64,000 nt of DNA from positions 2,493 to 66,492 of the forward strand of contig JAJEBN010000048.1 of NCBI GenBank assembly GCA_022822525.1. Reading direction: 5' to 3'. This DNA is from Acidimicrobiia bacterium. GTDB lineage: Bacteria > Actinomycetota > Acidimicrobiia > Acidimicrobiales > Poriferisodalaceae. This document shows positions 45,693 through 55,742 of the stretch, piece after piece. A program made the translations under genes and the position numbers. The notes below the pieces were generated by a model that saw only the letters and a program-made list of their open reading frames with translations, had not been told where the DNA came from and searched no databases. Positions within the stretch are counted from its first letter, which is position 1. Every line of letters begins with the position of its first letter.

Positions 45693-45736
45693 TTCCCACG
45701 CCGAGTAGTTCCCTCGCCGAGCTGCCCCGTCGAGCA

Positions 45737-45780
45737 GTTCACCGGTTGTTCACGGCATCCGTGGCGACCGTTCACCCGCC
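45737..45780 (+). promoter_or_regulatory. PHO-box-like direct repeats upstream of pstS
   Basis: Four 11-nt units: GTTCACCGGTT, GTTCACGGCAT, CCGTGGCGACC (degenerate), GTTCACCCGCC. GTTCACC is the core of the actinobacterial PhoP PHO box. The region lies 42-85 nt upstream of the pstS ATG. Confidence 0.5.
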
Positions 45781-45821
45781 ACAACCAGTGATGTCACCGG
45801 CCGTTCGTAGCGTGCGCGTCC

Positions 45822-46973
45822 ATGCGAAAGACCCCCTTTTCATCCCGCCGCGGCACGAAGCTGCTCGTGGCACTGCTCACCTCGTTCGCTCTGATAGCCG
45901 CTGCGTGCGGTAGCGACGACGACTCGTCTGACGACGGCGCCGCCAGCGCTCCTGCGACGACAGCCGCACCCGCTGCGCCGGCGCCGGCTGACGACGACCC
46001 TGACCCCTCCGAGGACGACGATCACGACGAGGACGAGATGATGGAGTCGATCCGCGGCTCCATCGACGTGACCGGCTCCTCGACGGTCGAGCCCGTCACC
46101 AACCTGCTGGCAGAGGCGTTCTCCGAGAAGCACCCAGACGTGGCGTTCTCGGTCGCAGGCCCCGGGTCGGGCGACGGCCACAAGGCCGCAGCGGCCGGCG
46201 AAGTGCCCATCTGGAACAGCTCCCGCCAGATCAAGGACTCCGAGGCCACCGACATCAACGCTGCAGGCATCGAGTTCATCGAGCTGCGCGTCGGCATCGA
46301 CGGCATCTCGGTGATCACTGCCGCCAGCAACGATTCAGTCGACTGCCTCAACTTCGAAGACCTCTACAGCCTGGTCGGCATCGAGGCCACCGGCTTCGAG
46401 AGCTGGGCCGACGCCAACAGCCTGAACGCCGATCTGGGCGGCTCTGGTCCGTTCGATGACGGCGCGCTGGAGATCTTCGCTCCGGGCGAGGAATCGGGCA
46501 CCTTCGACAGCTTCATCGAGATTGCCCTCGAGGACGTCTGGGAGCACCGTGTCGAAGAAGGCCATGCCGACGAGAACTTCGCAGTGCGCCCCGACTACAA
46601 CGCTTCGGCCAATGACAACGTGATCATCGACGGCATCGCCGGCAACCAGCACAGCCTCGGCTGGGTGGGCTTCGCCTTCGCCGATGAGAACCGCGACAAG
46701 GTGAAGCTCCTGGAGGTCGACGGCGGCGACGGCTGCGTGTCGCCGACGCCTGAGACCATCGCATCGGCCGAGTTCCCGATCGCCCGCTTCCTCTACACCT
46801 ACATCGATGCTGCGAAGGCCTCCGACCCCGCCATCAAGGCCTTCGTGGACTTCATGCTGAGCGACGAGGGCCAGACCTACGTGGTCGAGGCCGGCTACGT
46901 CAACCTCGACCCTGCCGACCTCGAGCAGTCGCGCAGCAACTGGGCCAACCTGACCACCGGCAAGACCTTCTAG
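45822..46973 (+). CDS. pstS: Phosphate ABC transporter substrate-binding lipoprotein PstS
   Basis: 383 aa; lipobox LIAAAC, an acidic linker and a PBP domain (GSSTVEPV). Confidence 0.9.
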   Translation: MRKTPFSSRRGTKLLVALLTSFALIAAACGSDDDSSDDGAASAPATTAAPAAPAPADDDPDPSEDDDHDEDEMMESIRGSIDVTGSSTVEPVTNLLAEAFSEKHPDVAFSVAGPGSGDGHKAAAAGEVPIWNSSRQIKDSEATDINAAGIEFIELRVGIDGISVITAASNDSVDCLNFEDLYSLVGIEATGFESWADANSLNADLGGSGPFDDGALEIFAPGEESGTFDSFIEIALEDVWEHRVEEGHADENFAVRPDYNASANDNVIIDGIAGNQHSLGWVGFAFADENRDKVKLLEVDGGDGCVSPTPETIASAEFPIARFLYTYIDAAKASDPAIKAFVDFMLSDEGQTYVVEAGYVNLDPADLEQSRSNWANLTTGKTF

Positions 46974-47023
46974 CCGCACGCAGGTCCAGCCCGAAGATCC
47001 GGGACCCCTCCCTCCCGCTGATG

Positions 47024-47059
47024 GTCCCCCTCAGGTGCACGGAAGCTCCTGAGGGGGAC
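47024..47059 (+). terminator. Strong hairpin between pstS and pstC (partial terminator or mRNA stabiliser)
   Basis: Perfect 12-bp stem GTCCCCCTCAGG/CCTGAGGGGGAC with a 12-nt loop, followed by atcggtggttttct. Confidence 0.5.
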
Positions 47060-47076
47060 ATCGGTGGTTTTCTAGA

Positions 47077-48027
47077 ATGGCTCCGCCCATGAGCACCACA
47101 CCCCACGGCCCAGGCCTCAAAGTCACCGACCTGCGCACTTCGGTGAGGCGGCGAGCTTGGTCAGCCGGGGCACGCTGGGCATTCGCACTCGCGGCCCTCG
47201 CCACCGTGCTGGTGAGCGCGCTCATCATCTGGACGGTCGCGTCGGGGGCGTGGACCTTCATCAGCCAGGTGGCCTTCGACAACCTGACCGAGATCGGCTG
47301 GTTCCCACGGCGGGGCCTGTTCGACCTCAGCACGCTGCTGGTCAACTCGGTGCAGATCTCCGTCATTGCGATGCTGGTGGCGGTGCCGTCGGGATTCGGC
47401 GCTGCGATCTACCTCTCCGAATATGCGCATCCCAAGGTGCGCAAGGTGATGAAGCCCACCCTCGAGCTGCTGGCCAGCGTGCCCAGCGTCGTGCTCGGCG
47501 TGTTCGCCATCAGCTTCATCACCCCGTCGATCCTCACCAACTTCTTCGACGACATCAACTTCTTCAACAAGCTGGCTGCGGGCATCGCGGTCGGCCTGCT
47601 GGTGATCCCGCTGATCGCCTCCATCGCCGAGGACGCGCTGCGAGCCGTGCCGGTGGCGCTGCGGGAAGCCTCCTCGGGTCTCGGCGCCCGCAAGGTCACC
47701 ACCTCGATCCGGGTGGTGCTGCCCGCCGCGATGTCGGGCCTGATGGCGGCCATCATCGTCGGCTTCAGCCGGGCCATCGGCGAGACGATGGTGGTCACGA
47801 TCGCGTCAGGCGGCGGCGACACGTCGCTGTTCAACCTGGCGCTCACCGAGTCCGGCGGCACCTTCACCTCCGCGATGGCGGCGCTCGGCCTCGGCACCGA
47901 CCAGGTGGCCGGCAACAACCTGGCGTTCCAGAGCCTCTACTTCCTGGGGGCGCTGCTGTTCGCCATCACGCTGGTGCTCAACATGCTGGGCGATCTCATC
48001 GTCCGCCGACTGCAGAACAAGTACTGA
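47077..48027 (+). CDS. pstC: Phosphate ABC transporter permease PstC
   Basis: 316 aa; polytopic, with an EAA-like loop (IAEDALRAVPVALREASSGLGA). Confidence 0.9.
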   Translation: MAPPMSTTPHGPGLKVTDLRTSVRRRAWSAGARWAFALAALATVLVSALIIWTVASGAWTFISQVAFDNLTEIGWFPRRGLFDLSTLLVNSVQISVIAMLVAVPSGFGAAIYLSEYAHPKVRKVMKPTLELLASVPSVVLGVFAISFITPSILTNFFDDINFFNKLAAGIAVGLLVIPLIASIAEDALRAVPVALREASSGLGARKVTTSIRVVLPAAMSGLMAAIIVGFSRAIGETMVVTIASGGGDTSLFNLALTESGGTFTSAMAALGLGTDQVAGNNLAFQSLYFLGALLFAITLVLNMLGDLIVRRLQNKY

Positions 48028-48040
48028 CGGCTGCCTTGAC

Positions 48041-48979
48041 ATGACGATTCTCACGACACCCGCAGGCATCGCCACCGGCGCAGCCGACGCTCTGCGCAAA
48101 CGCCCAGGCGCCGACGTGGCCGGCGCCACGTTCAAGTGGCTGCTCATCGGCGCCACCGTGTTCGCCACCGGCTTCCTGGCCGTGCTGCTCGCCGTGATGA
48201 TCGTGGACGGCTGGGACGTGCTGTCGGGCAACCTGTGGTACTTCCTCACCCACGGCTTCTCCCAGCGCTCCGCCGGCGAGGCCGGCGTCTGGCAGGGCAT
48301 CATCGGCAGCCTGCAGGTGGCGCTGGTCACCGGGGTGTTCGCCGTGCCGACCGGCGTGGCCACGGCCATCTACCTCGTCGAGTACGCACAGGGCAATCGC
48401 TTCGCCCGCATCGTCGAGCTGAACATCCGCAATCTGGCCGGCGTGCCCTCGATCGTGTACGGGCTGCTGGGCCTCGCGGTGTTCGCTCAGACGCTGCGGG
48501 GATTCAGCGGCGGCACCACCGCCATCGCCGGCGGGATGACGCTGGCGGCGATGGTGCTGCCGATCGTGGTCATCACCTCGGTGGAGGCGCTCAAGGCCGT
48601 GCCGGACTCGCTGCGCGAAGCCGCCTACGGTGTGGGGGCCACCAAGTGGGAGGTGCTCTCACGCCAGGTTCTGCCCGCAGCACTGTCGACGATCCTCACC
48701 GGCACGGTGCTGGCGTTGGCGCGCGCCCTGGGCGAGGCGGCTCCGCTGATCCTGGTGGGGGCTGCGACCGGCTTCATGAGCTTCGGCGACGCCAACATGC
48801 TCGAGACCTTCACCGGGCCCTACACGGCGCTGCCGGTGCTGATCTTCAACTTCGCCCGCCAGCCCGGAGCGGACTGGGGGGTGAACGCCGCCGCGGCGAG
48901 CGTCATCATCCTGGTGCTGGTGCTCGCGGTGAACGGCTTGGCGATCTACCTGCGCAACCGTTTCGAGCGACAGTGGTGA
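48041..48979 (+). CDS. pstA: Phosphate ABC transporter permease PstA
   Basis: 312 aa; polytopic, [24 protein letters not shown]. Confidence 0.9.
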   Translation: MTILTTPAGIATGAADALRKRPGADVAGATFKWLLIGATVFATGFLAVLLAVMIVDGWDVLSGNLWYFLTHGFSQRSAGEAGVWQGIIGSLQVALVTGVFAVPTGVATAIYLVEYAQGNRFARIVELNIRNLAGVPSIVYGLLGLAVFAQTLRGFSGGTTAIAGGMTLAAMVLPIVVITSVEALKAVPDSLREAAYGVGATKWEVLSRQVLPAALSTILTGTVLALARALGEAAPLILVGAATGFMSFGDANMLETFTGPYTALPVLIFNFARQPGADWGVNAAAASVIILVLVLAVNGLAIYLRNRFERQW

Positions 48980-49031
48980 GCGCATCCGTGACATCTCAAG
49001 ACAACCCTCCCGACAACTCGGTGGTGACTCC

Positions 49032-49958
49032 GTGACTCCAGAGAAGGCCCTGATGACCCAAGAGCCCGATGCAACGGTGCCCGAAGTGACGGTGACGGCC
49101 GAGACGGCCGCCTCTCAGCACACCCGCATCGACGTCAGCGGTGCAGCAGCGGCGCCGATGGCCGCGAACCGCGCCGACACCCAGACGGTGTTCCATTGCG
49201 ACGGCGTCCACGTGTACTACGCCGACTTCTTGGCCCTGCGAAACGTCTCGCTCAACATCGCTGCGCACGAGGTGACGGCGTTCATCGGCCCCTCGGGCTG
49301 CGGCAAGACGACGTTCCTGCGCTGCTTCAACCGCATGAACGACCTCATCGAGGGCGCCCGGGTGGAGGGCTCGATCAACTACCACGGCGTCGAGCTGTAC
49401 CAGGACGAGGTCGACCCTGTCGAGGTGCGCCGCCGGGTGGGCATGGTGTTCCAGAAGCCGAACCCGTTCCCCAAGTCGATCTACGACAACATTGCCTACG
49501 GCCCGAGGCTGGCGGGCGCCAAGCGATCCGAGCTCGACGACATCGTGGAGCGCTCGCTGACACGGGCGGCGCTGTGGGACGAGGTGCGCGACCGGCTCAA
49601 GACATCGGCCTACGGCCTGTCGGGCGGCCAGCAGCAGCGCCTGTGCATCGCCCGGGCGATCGCGGTGCAGCCCGACGTGGTGCTGATGGACGAGCCCTGC
49701 TCGGCGCTCGACCCGATCGCCACCGGCCGCATCGAGGAGCTCATCGCCGAGCTGAAGACCGAGTACACGATCATCATCGTCACCCACAACATGCAGCAGG
49801 CCGCTCGCATCAGCGACATGACGGCCTTCTTCTCGGTGCAGGCCAACGAGATGGGCCAGCGCACCGGCGAGCTGGTCGAGTACGCACCCACCAGCCTGAT
49901 CTTCACCAATCCCGACGATCCCCGAACCGAGGCGTACATCACCGGGCGGGTCGGCTAG
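49032..49958 (+). CDS. pstB: Phosphate ABC transporter ATP-binding protein PstB
   Basis: Walker [10 protein letters not shown], signature LSGGQQQR, Walker B VVLMDEP. The N-terminal ~40 aa may be an over-extension (alternative ATG at 49158). Confidence 0.9.
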   Translation: MTPEKALMTQEPDATVPEVTVTAETAASQHTRIDVSGAAAAPMAANRADTQTVFHCDGVHVYYADFLALRNVSLNIAAHEVTAFIGPSGCGKTTFLRCFNRMNDLIEGARVEGSINYHGVELYQDEVDPVEVRRRVGMVFQKPNPFPKSIYDNIAYGPRLAGAKRSELDDIVERSLTRAALWDEVRDRLKTSAYGLSGGQQQRLCIARAIAVQPDVVLMDEPCSALDPIATGRIEELIAELKTEYTIIIVTHNMQQAARISDMTAFFSVQANEMGQRTGELVEYAPTSLIFTNPDDPRTEAYITGRVG

Positions 49959-50002
49959 ACGCACTCACCAGTGGGGCGGCGCGGATACGCCAAACTGCAA
50001 CC

Positions 50003-50710
50003 ATGACCGAAGAAGTACGAACCGAGTTCCATCAGCTGATGGACGAGGTTCGTGCGGATCTCGTGCAGATGGGCGGCATGGTGGCCGAGGGCATCTCGGC
50101 GGTGACCGCCGCGCTGCTCGCTGGCGACATCGGCGGGGCCGACCAGATCATCGCCGCCGACGACGAGCTCGACCTGCTGAGCCTCGAAGCCGAGGAGAAG
50201 TGCGTCCATCTGCTGGCGCTGCAGCAGCCGGTGGCGGTGGACCTGCGCACGATCCTGACCGATCTGCGGATGATCTCCGAGATCGAGCGCAGCGGCGACC
50301 TGGTCACCAACATCGCCAAGGCGGTGGCGCGGCTGCACGGCGTCGAGCTCGAGCCGCGGGTGCGGGGACTCATCGATCGGATGCGCCAGCAGGCGGTGAA
50401 GCTGACGGCGATGGCCATGGATGCCTACGCCGAGCGTGACGCCGGCCTGGCGTCGGTGCTCAACGACATGGACGACGTGCTCGACGACCTGCACAACGAG
50501 TACATCGTGTCGGTGTTTGCTTCCCATGAGCTCGGCAAGATGGAGATTCAGCACGCCGTGCAGCTCGCCGTGGTGGGTCGCTTCTACGAGCGCATCGGCG
50601 ACCATGCGGTCAACGTCGCGGAGCGTGTCGAGTTCTTGGTGACCGGGGAGCTGCCCGAGCACCTCGGTGCCAACCGGGCTCGGGCCCGGCGGGAGCAGGA
50701 CGAGATGTGA
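50003..50710 (+). CDS. phoU: Phosphate signalling regulator PhoU
   Basis: 235 aa from the ATG at 50003, with two PhoU repeats (DDELDLL..., ISEIERSGD, YERIGDHAVNVAE). Confidence 0.9.
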   Translation: MTEEVRTEFHQLMDEVRADLVQMGGMVAEGISAVTAALLAGDIGGADQIIAADDELDLLSLEAEEKCVHLLALQQPVAVDLRTILTDLRMISEIERSGDLVTNIAKAVARLHGVELEPRVRGLIDRMRQQAVKLTAMAMDAYAERDAGLASVLNDMDDVLDDLHNEYIVSVFASHELGKMEIQHAVQLAVVGRFYERIGDHAVNVAERVEFLVTGELPEHLGANRARARREQDEM

Positions 50711-52140
50711 TTGCAGCGCTGGTGGCAATTGCGTCCGCTCTGGCGCTGGCACTGGTGATCGTCGTGGTGGCGGCGATGCGAGCGCGCCGCTCGGCCGCTG
50801 AGCGGCTGGGCAGGGTGGTGCACCAGTTCGTTGCCCATGACGATGAGCGGCCGCGGCCCGCCGAGGCCGACATCGAGGGGTACAAGCTCGACGACTGGCT
50901 CACCTATCTGGAGTCGGTGGCCACCACGGCGGCGATGACGGCCAACTTGGTCGAGCGTGACCGTGCCCGCTGGCAGCTCGCCATGGACGAGCTCGCGATC
51001 GGTGTCGTGCTGGTGGACGAGGACGGCACCGTGTGCGCCAGCAACGCACTGGCCGACGAGATGATGTCGGCGCGAGATGCCATGGCCCTGGTGGGCGCAG
51101 GCGTGCGAGAGCTGCTGGAGCAGGCAGGCGCGGGGCACGCACGCTTCCGCACGGTGAAGCTCACGGGACCGCCGCCGCGGGTGATCGAGATCGGCGCGCA
51201 CCCCGTCGCCAGCGACAGCCATGCGCTGGGGGCGGTGGCGGTGATCGCGGACCGCACCGAGGGCGCTCGGGTGGACGAGGTGCGGCGTGATTTCGTGGCC
51301 AACCTGAGCCATGAGCTGCGTACGCCGGTGGGTGCGATCGCGCTGCTGTCCGAGACGCTGGAGCACGAGGACGACCCGGCCGTGCGGGCTCGGCTGGTGG
51401 ACCGCATCAGCGTTGAGACCGAACGGGTCCGGCTCATCATCGACGACCTGCTGGAGCTGAGCCGGGTGGAGCTGGAGGGATCGATGCGCCAGGAGCCGGT
51501 GGCGATCGTGCCGCTGCTGGGCGAGGTGGCGCACCAGTATTCCGAGCACGCACGCTTGCACGACGTGGAGCTGGTGCGACCCGAGCCCTCGAACGGGTCG
51601 GCGATCAAGCTGCACGCCGACCGGGGCCAGCTGCTGCGGGCCGTCGGGAACCTGGTCGACAATGCCATCAAGTACAGCGACCCTGGCGCGGAGGTGCACC
51701 TGAGCGTGCTGCCGAGCTCGGGACATGACCGGCCGCCCACCGAGGTGCTGGCCGATGCCGACGCGGCTGTCGCTCGGATCGGGCCGGGGGACGCCTCGGG
51801 GTCATCGGATTCGCCTGCACCGCCGGGCGGCCCCGCGCTGTTCGACCCTGAGCAATCCGACGCGGGTGAGCCGGCGTGGGTGGACATCGTTGTCGCCGAT
51901 GAGGGCATCGGCATTCCCGCGGACGAGACCGAGCGGGTCTTCGAGCGCTTCTACCGGGTGGACAAGGCCCGCGCCCGCGCCACCGGCGGCACCGGCTTGG
52001 GCCTCAGCATCGTGCGCCACGTGGTGGCGAATCACGGCGGCGAGGTGATGCTGCACACCCGCGAGGGCGTCGGCACGACCTTCACGCTCAGGTTCCCGGC
52101 TCCTGACGACTCCGTCATCTTCGACAAGGCAGACACATGA
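50707..52140 (+). CDS. senX3: Sensor histidine kinase (SenX3/PhoR-like)
   Basis: 477 aa; H box FVANLSHELRTP, N box DNAIKYS, G box GGTGLGLSIV. GTGA overlap with phoU. Confidence 0.85.
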   Translation: MIAALVAIASALALALVIVVVAAMRARRSAAERLGRVVHQFVAHDDERPRPAEADIEGYKLDDWLTYLESVATTAAMTANLVERDRARWQLAMDELAIGVVLVDEDGTVCASNALADEMMSARDAMALVGAGVRELLEQAGAGHARFRTVKLTGPPPRVIEIGAHPVASDSHALGAVAVIADRTEGARVDEVRRDFVANLSHELRTPVGAIALLSETLEHEDDPAVRARLVDRISVETERVRLIIDDLLELSRVELEGSMRQEPVAIVPLLGEVAHQYSEHARLHDVELVRPEPSNGSAIKLHADRGQLLRAVGNLVDNAIKYSDPGAEVHLSVLPSSGHDRPPTEVLADADAAVARIGPGDASGSSDSPAPPGGPALFDPEQSDAGEPAWVDIVVADEGIGIPADETERVFERFYRVDKARARATGGTGLGLSIVRHVVANHGGEVMLHTREGVGTTFTLRFPAPDDSVIFDKADT

Positions 52141-52826
52141 CATCGGTACTGGTAGTGGACGACGAGCCGTCCTTCACCGAGGCGCTCTCGGTGGGCTTGC
52201 GGCGTGAGGGCTTCGAGGTGCGCACCGCCGCCGACGGCCGCGCCGCGCTGGAGGAGATCAGCGAGTCCGAACCGGATCTGATCCTGCTCGACGTGATGCT
52301 GCCGGGCATGTCGGGGCTGGACGTGTGCCGTGAGATCCGCAAGACGACGCAGGTGCCGCTGATCATGGTGACTGCCCGCGGCGAGGAGATCGACGCCGTG
52401 GTGGGCCTCGAGGTGGGCGCCGACGACTACGTCTGCAAGCCGTACCGGATGCGTGAGCTGGTGGCCCGCATGCGGGCGGTGCTGCGGCGAGCCTCCCCGC
52501 AGCCGTCCGAGCCCGAGGCAACGTGCCTCATCGAGGGCGATGTGGTGCTCGACATCGACCGCCATGAGCTGCGGGTGCGCGGCGAGCTGGTCTCCCTCGC
52601 GCTGAAGGAGTTCGAGCTGCTGGCCTATCTGCTGTCCCATGCCGGCCGGGTGGTCACCCGCGACAGCCTCATGCAGAACGTGTGGGGCTACAACTACGTC
52701 GGCGACACCAAGACGATCGACGTGCACGTGAAGCGCCTGCGGGCCAAGATTGAGGACGACCCGTCGAGCCCGCAGCGCATCACCACCATCCGGGGCCTGG
52801 GCTACCGCTACGAGCGGACGGCTTGA
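52137..52826 (+). CDS. regX3: OmpR-family response regulator (RegX3/PhoP-like)
   Basis: 229 aa; VLVVDDE, LILLDVMLPGMSG, and a winged helix (KEFELLAYLL, TIDVHVKRLRAKIE). ATGA overlap with the kinase gene. Confidence 0.9.
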   Translation: MTSVLVVDDEPSFTEALSVGLRREGFEVRTAADGRAALEEISESEPDLILLDVMLPGMSGLDVCREIRKTTQVPLIMVTARGEEIDAVVGLEVGADDYVCKPYRMRELVARMRAVLRRASPQPSEPEATCLIEGDVVLDIDRHELRVRGELVSLALKEFELLAYLLSHAGRVVTRDSLMQNVWGYNYVGDTKTIDVHVKRLRAKIEDDPSSPQRITTIRGLGYRYERTA

Positions 52827-52996
52827 TCCCGCCGGACAGGGGTTGCCCCGGCAGGACCGCCGTTGGTGTATCACCGGGTGCGCACAATGAGTCCACGACG
52901 ATTCGACGACTGAGACAACTGATTCGTCGTCGGATTCCACGACTGGTTCGTGGGCGGATGACGACGGGGTGATGCCATGGGAGCGCTGAGCAGCTG

Positions 52997-54457
52997 ATGC
53001 AGCCGTTCACGTGGCTTGCCCGCACGCACCTGCTGTCAGCGGCCGGCGATGCGCTGATCGCGATCGCGCTGGCCGGTTCGCTGTTCTTCAACCTCGACCC
53101 GGCGGCTGCGAGGCCCCGGGTGGCGCTGTACCTGCTGGTGACGATGGCGCCGTTCGCGGTGGTAGGACCGCTGATCGGGCCGCTGGTGGACCGCGCCCGC
53201 GGCGGCCGGCGGGGGATGATCATCGGGGCGGGCATCGCCCGGGCGCTCCTGGCGCTGCTCATGGTGCGCCATCTCGATTCGCTGCTGCTGTTTCCCGAGG
53301 CCTTCGGCGCGCTGGTGGCCGCCAAGACGTACCACGTGGCCAAGAGCGCGGTGGTGCCGGGGCTGGTGCGCGAAGAGCGCGACCTGGTGGAGGCCAACTC
53401 CAAGCTGATGCTGCTGAGCGGGCTGGGGGGCGCGCTGGCTGCGGGGCCCGGTGTGCTGCTGAGTCTGGCGTCGTCGCGCTGGGTGCTGGTGCTGGCGTCG
53501 GTGACCTTCGTGCTGATGACGTTCCCCGCGGCGCGCCTGCCGCGTTTTGCGGTGCGGCCCCGCAACGTGCCGCTGAGTCCCCCGCTGCCGCCGAGCCAGC
53601 CGCCCCGGCGCTGGCGACGCGCGTCGGACAACTACGCCGATCCGTGGGCTGATCCTGCCGACGGAGGCATCGAGTGGAGCGACGCGCCCCCCAGCACGCC
53701 CCCCGATGCCGGTGGCCCTGTCGAGCCCGGCCTCGGGCCGGTTGCACCCCGCCAGCGGGTGCCCGCTGCAGCCACCCGGCGGCGCGGCGCGATGCTGCTC
53801 GCCGGCTCGGCCATGGGCGTCGTGCGGATGATGACCGGCTTCACGCTGTTCCTGATCGCGTTCTGGCTGCGCGCCGACGACGCGGCCCCGTGGTGGTTCG
53901 GCTTCATGTTCACCGCCAGCGCGGTCGGTCAGCTCATCGGCGCGGTGGGGGCGCCGTGGCTGAGGCGTCGCGTCCGCGAGGAAGTCCTGCTTGCCTGCAC
54001 CCTGCTGCTGGCCGCGGCGATGTCGTTCTATGTCGTGACGTCGCCCGACCGTGGCTCGGTGCTGGCGCTGGCACTGGTGATCGGGCTCATGTCGGCGCTG
54101 GGCAAGCTGTGCTTCGACGCCATCGTGCAGCGCGACGAGGTGCCCGCCGACCAGGGCCGCACGTTCGCCCGTTTCGAGACCCGCTTCCAGCTCATGTGGG
54201 TGATCGGCGGGCTGGTGCCGGTGGCCGCGCCGAGCGGCATCCTGCCGCTGCGGGCAGGGGTGATGCTGCTGGGCATTGCCGCCCTGGTCGCGGTGGTGCT
54301 CTATGCCGGGGGGCTGTGGGCGCTGGCGCGGGGCCGCCGCCCGCCGTCGGAGATCATCGTGTCGCGGGTGCGTACCCGCATCACCCAGACCCGTGTCCAG
54401 CGCCGCACCCGCGTGACCCGCCGCCCGCCGGGTCCGGCCCGCGGCGTCGAGCACTAG
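52997..54457 (+). CDS. MFS-type membrane transporter with a Pro-rich central loop
   Basis: 486 aa, about 12 hydrophobic segments in two halves separated by a ~70-aa P/A-rich loop; DRARGGRRGMI after TM2. Confidence 0.6.
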   Translation: MQPFTWLARTHLLSAAGDALIAIALAGSLFFNLDPAAARPRVALYLLVTMAPFAVVGPLIGPLVDRARGGRRGMIIGAGIARALLALLMVRHLDSLLLFPEAFGALVAAKTYHVAKSAVVPGLVREERDLVEANSKLMLLSGLGGALAAGPGVLLSLASSRWVLVLASVTFVLMTFPAARLPRFAVRPRNVPLSPPLPPSQPPRRWRRASDNYADPWADPADGGIEWSDAPPSTPPDAGGPVEPGLGPVAPRQRVPAAATRRRGAMLLAGSAMGVVRMMTGFTLFLIAFWLRADDAAPWWFGFMFTASAVGQLIGAVGAPWLRRRVREEVLLACTLLLAAAMSFYVVTSPDRGSVLALALVIGLMSALGKLCFDAIVQRDEVPADQGRTFARFETRFQLMWVIGGLVPVAAPSGILPLRAGVMLLGIAALVAVVLYAGGLWALARGRRPPSEIIVSRVRTRITQTRVQRRTRVTRRPPGPARGVEH

Positions 54458-54534
54458 CTGCCGTGCGATAGGCGACGAGCACGAGGCGTCGAGCACGAGG
54501 CGTCGAGATATAGGCGTCGTGCGATGGCCGTCGA

Positions 54535-55734
54535 CTAGTCGAGCGGCAGGTCGAGGCGGGCCAGCCACAGCCCGGGCGCAGCGAGCTCGTTGGGCGTCGG
54601 CAGCGAGCCCGGTTCGAACAGGCGGGCCAGCCCGTCCCGCCCCGAACGCTCGATCACGCCGACGATGAACGCCTCGCCCCGCTCGCGGGCCTCGGCGCTC
54701 AGGCGCACGCCCAGCAGGCGATCCGCAAAGTCGGCGCCCTGTGTGAGCTGGCGGCGCCGCACCGCCTCGCTGAGCGCGCCGAAGCCGCCGATGAGCCGCG
54801 AGCCCGCCTGGGCGACCACGTCGTCGATGTAGGCGTTCACGACGCTCAGCAGCGTCTCGAGCCGTTGCACGATGTCGTTCTGGCTGTCGTCGCGCGACAC
54901 GCCCAGCAGCAGCTCGGGGTTGCCGAAGATGCGCTGGAGCTGCGAGCCGAGCTGGGAGGGCTCGCTCATCATGTCGGGGTCGAGTTCGAGCATCTCCTCG
55001 AACGCGCGGTCGCTGCGCTGGAAGCCCTCCACGTAGCGCAGCAGCAGCCCATCGAGTTCGGCGCGCACGTGGGGCACCGCCAGCATCGAATGCATGGCGT
55101 GCTCGCGGATCGCGACCCACAGCGTCACGTCGTCGACGTCGAGGCTCCATTCGGAGGCGAAGTCGGTGATGTTGGCGGGCACGATGAGCACGCGCCCCAT
55201 CGGCACGCCGAGGTCGGAGTTGCCGAACGCCTTGGTGGCGAGATGGCCGGCCATCATGCCCGCGGTCATCGCCACGGTCATCGGGCTCATCATGCGCAGC
55301 AGCCCGGCGAAGGGATCGTCGGTCGATTCGGCGGTGAGGCGTTCGGACAGCCGGTCCATGAGCGGGCGGATGGCGTCGAGCGCGGCCGCCGCCCACCCCG
55401 AGCGCGTGACAGGCTCAGTGCGTGCGGGAACGATGTCGAGATGGGTCACGTTGGCCGTGTGCAGCTCCGCGACGCGGCTGATCTCGCTGAGGCGGTGCCG
55501 GATGGCCGGATCGACGTTGTGCTCGGGCTTGCCGCCGGTGGCGAGCTGGGCGGCCGTCTGGCGGGCGCCTTCCCACAGCGATGCGTCGTTGCCGAGCATG
55601 GAGGCGATGTCGCCGAGAAACGGGATGCCCTTGAACGGGTCGGTCCCGCCGTCGTCGGCCCCGGCGTCGTCAGCCACGACCGAATCGTACGGCTGCGGTG
55701 GGGGCGTGTGGCCCGCGGCGCCCGCGCGGGGCAA
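54535..55734 (-). CDS. DUF2342/zincin-like hydrolase family protein (apparently lacking HExxH)
   Basis: 399 aa. PFLGDIASMLGN... and LWVAIREHAMHSMLAVPHV resemble the actinobacterial putative-hydrolase family. The assignment is from memory of that family. Confidence 0.5.
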   Translation of the reverse strand: MPRAGAAGHTPPPQPYDSVVADDAGADDGGTDPFKGIPFLGDIASMLGNDASLWEGARQTAAQLATGGKPEHNVDPAIRHRLSEISRVAELHTANVTHLDIVPARTEPVTRSGWAAAALDAIRPLMDRLSERLTAESTDDPFAGLLRMMSPMTVAMTAGMMAGHLATKAFGNSDLGVPMGRVLIVPANITDFASEWSLDVDDVTLWVAIREHAMHSMLAVPHVRAELDGLLLRYVEGFQRSDRAFEEMLELDPDMMSEPSQLGSQLQRIFGNPELLLGVSRDDSQNDIVQRLETLLSVVNAYIDDVVAQAGSRLIGGFGALSEAVRRRQLTQGADFADRLLGVRLSAEARERGEAFIVGVIERSGRDGLARLFEPGSLPTPNELAAPGLWLARLDLPLD

Positions 55735-55742
55735 GGTTGAGC

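Noticed and set aside
52860-52990. Short inverted repeats (CGACGAC/GTCGTCG, CCACGA/TCGTGG) downstream of regX3 as a regulatory element
   Set aside because: The stems are only 6-7 bp with long loops and there is no phased repeat or U tract. They cannot be distinguished from chance in this composition.
53036-55396. 786-aa minus-strand ORF
   Set aside because: It is Arg/Pro/Gly/His-rich low-complexity translation, antisense to the MFS transporter gene and out of frame with the 54535-55734 gene. This is a typical high-GC shadow ORF. The same reasoning applies to 67..1422, 1776..3080, 9196..10176, 18070..19422, 40923..42242, 42224..43441 and 59548..61080.
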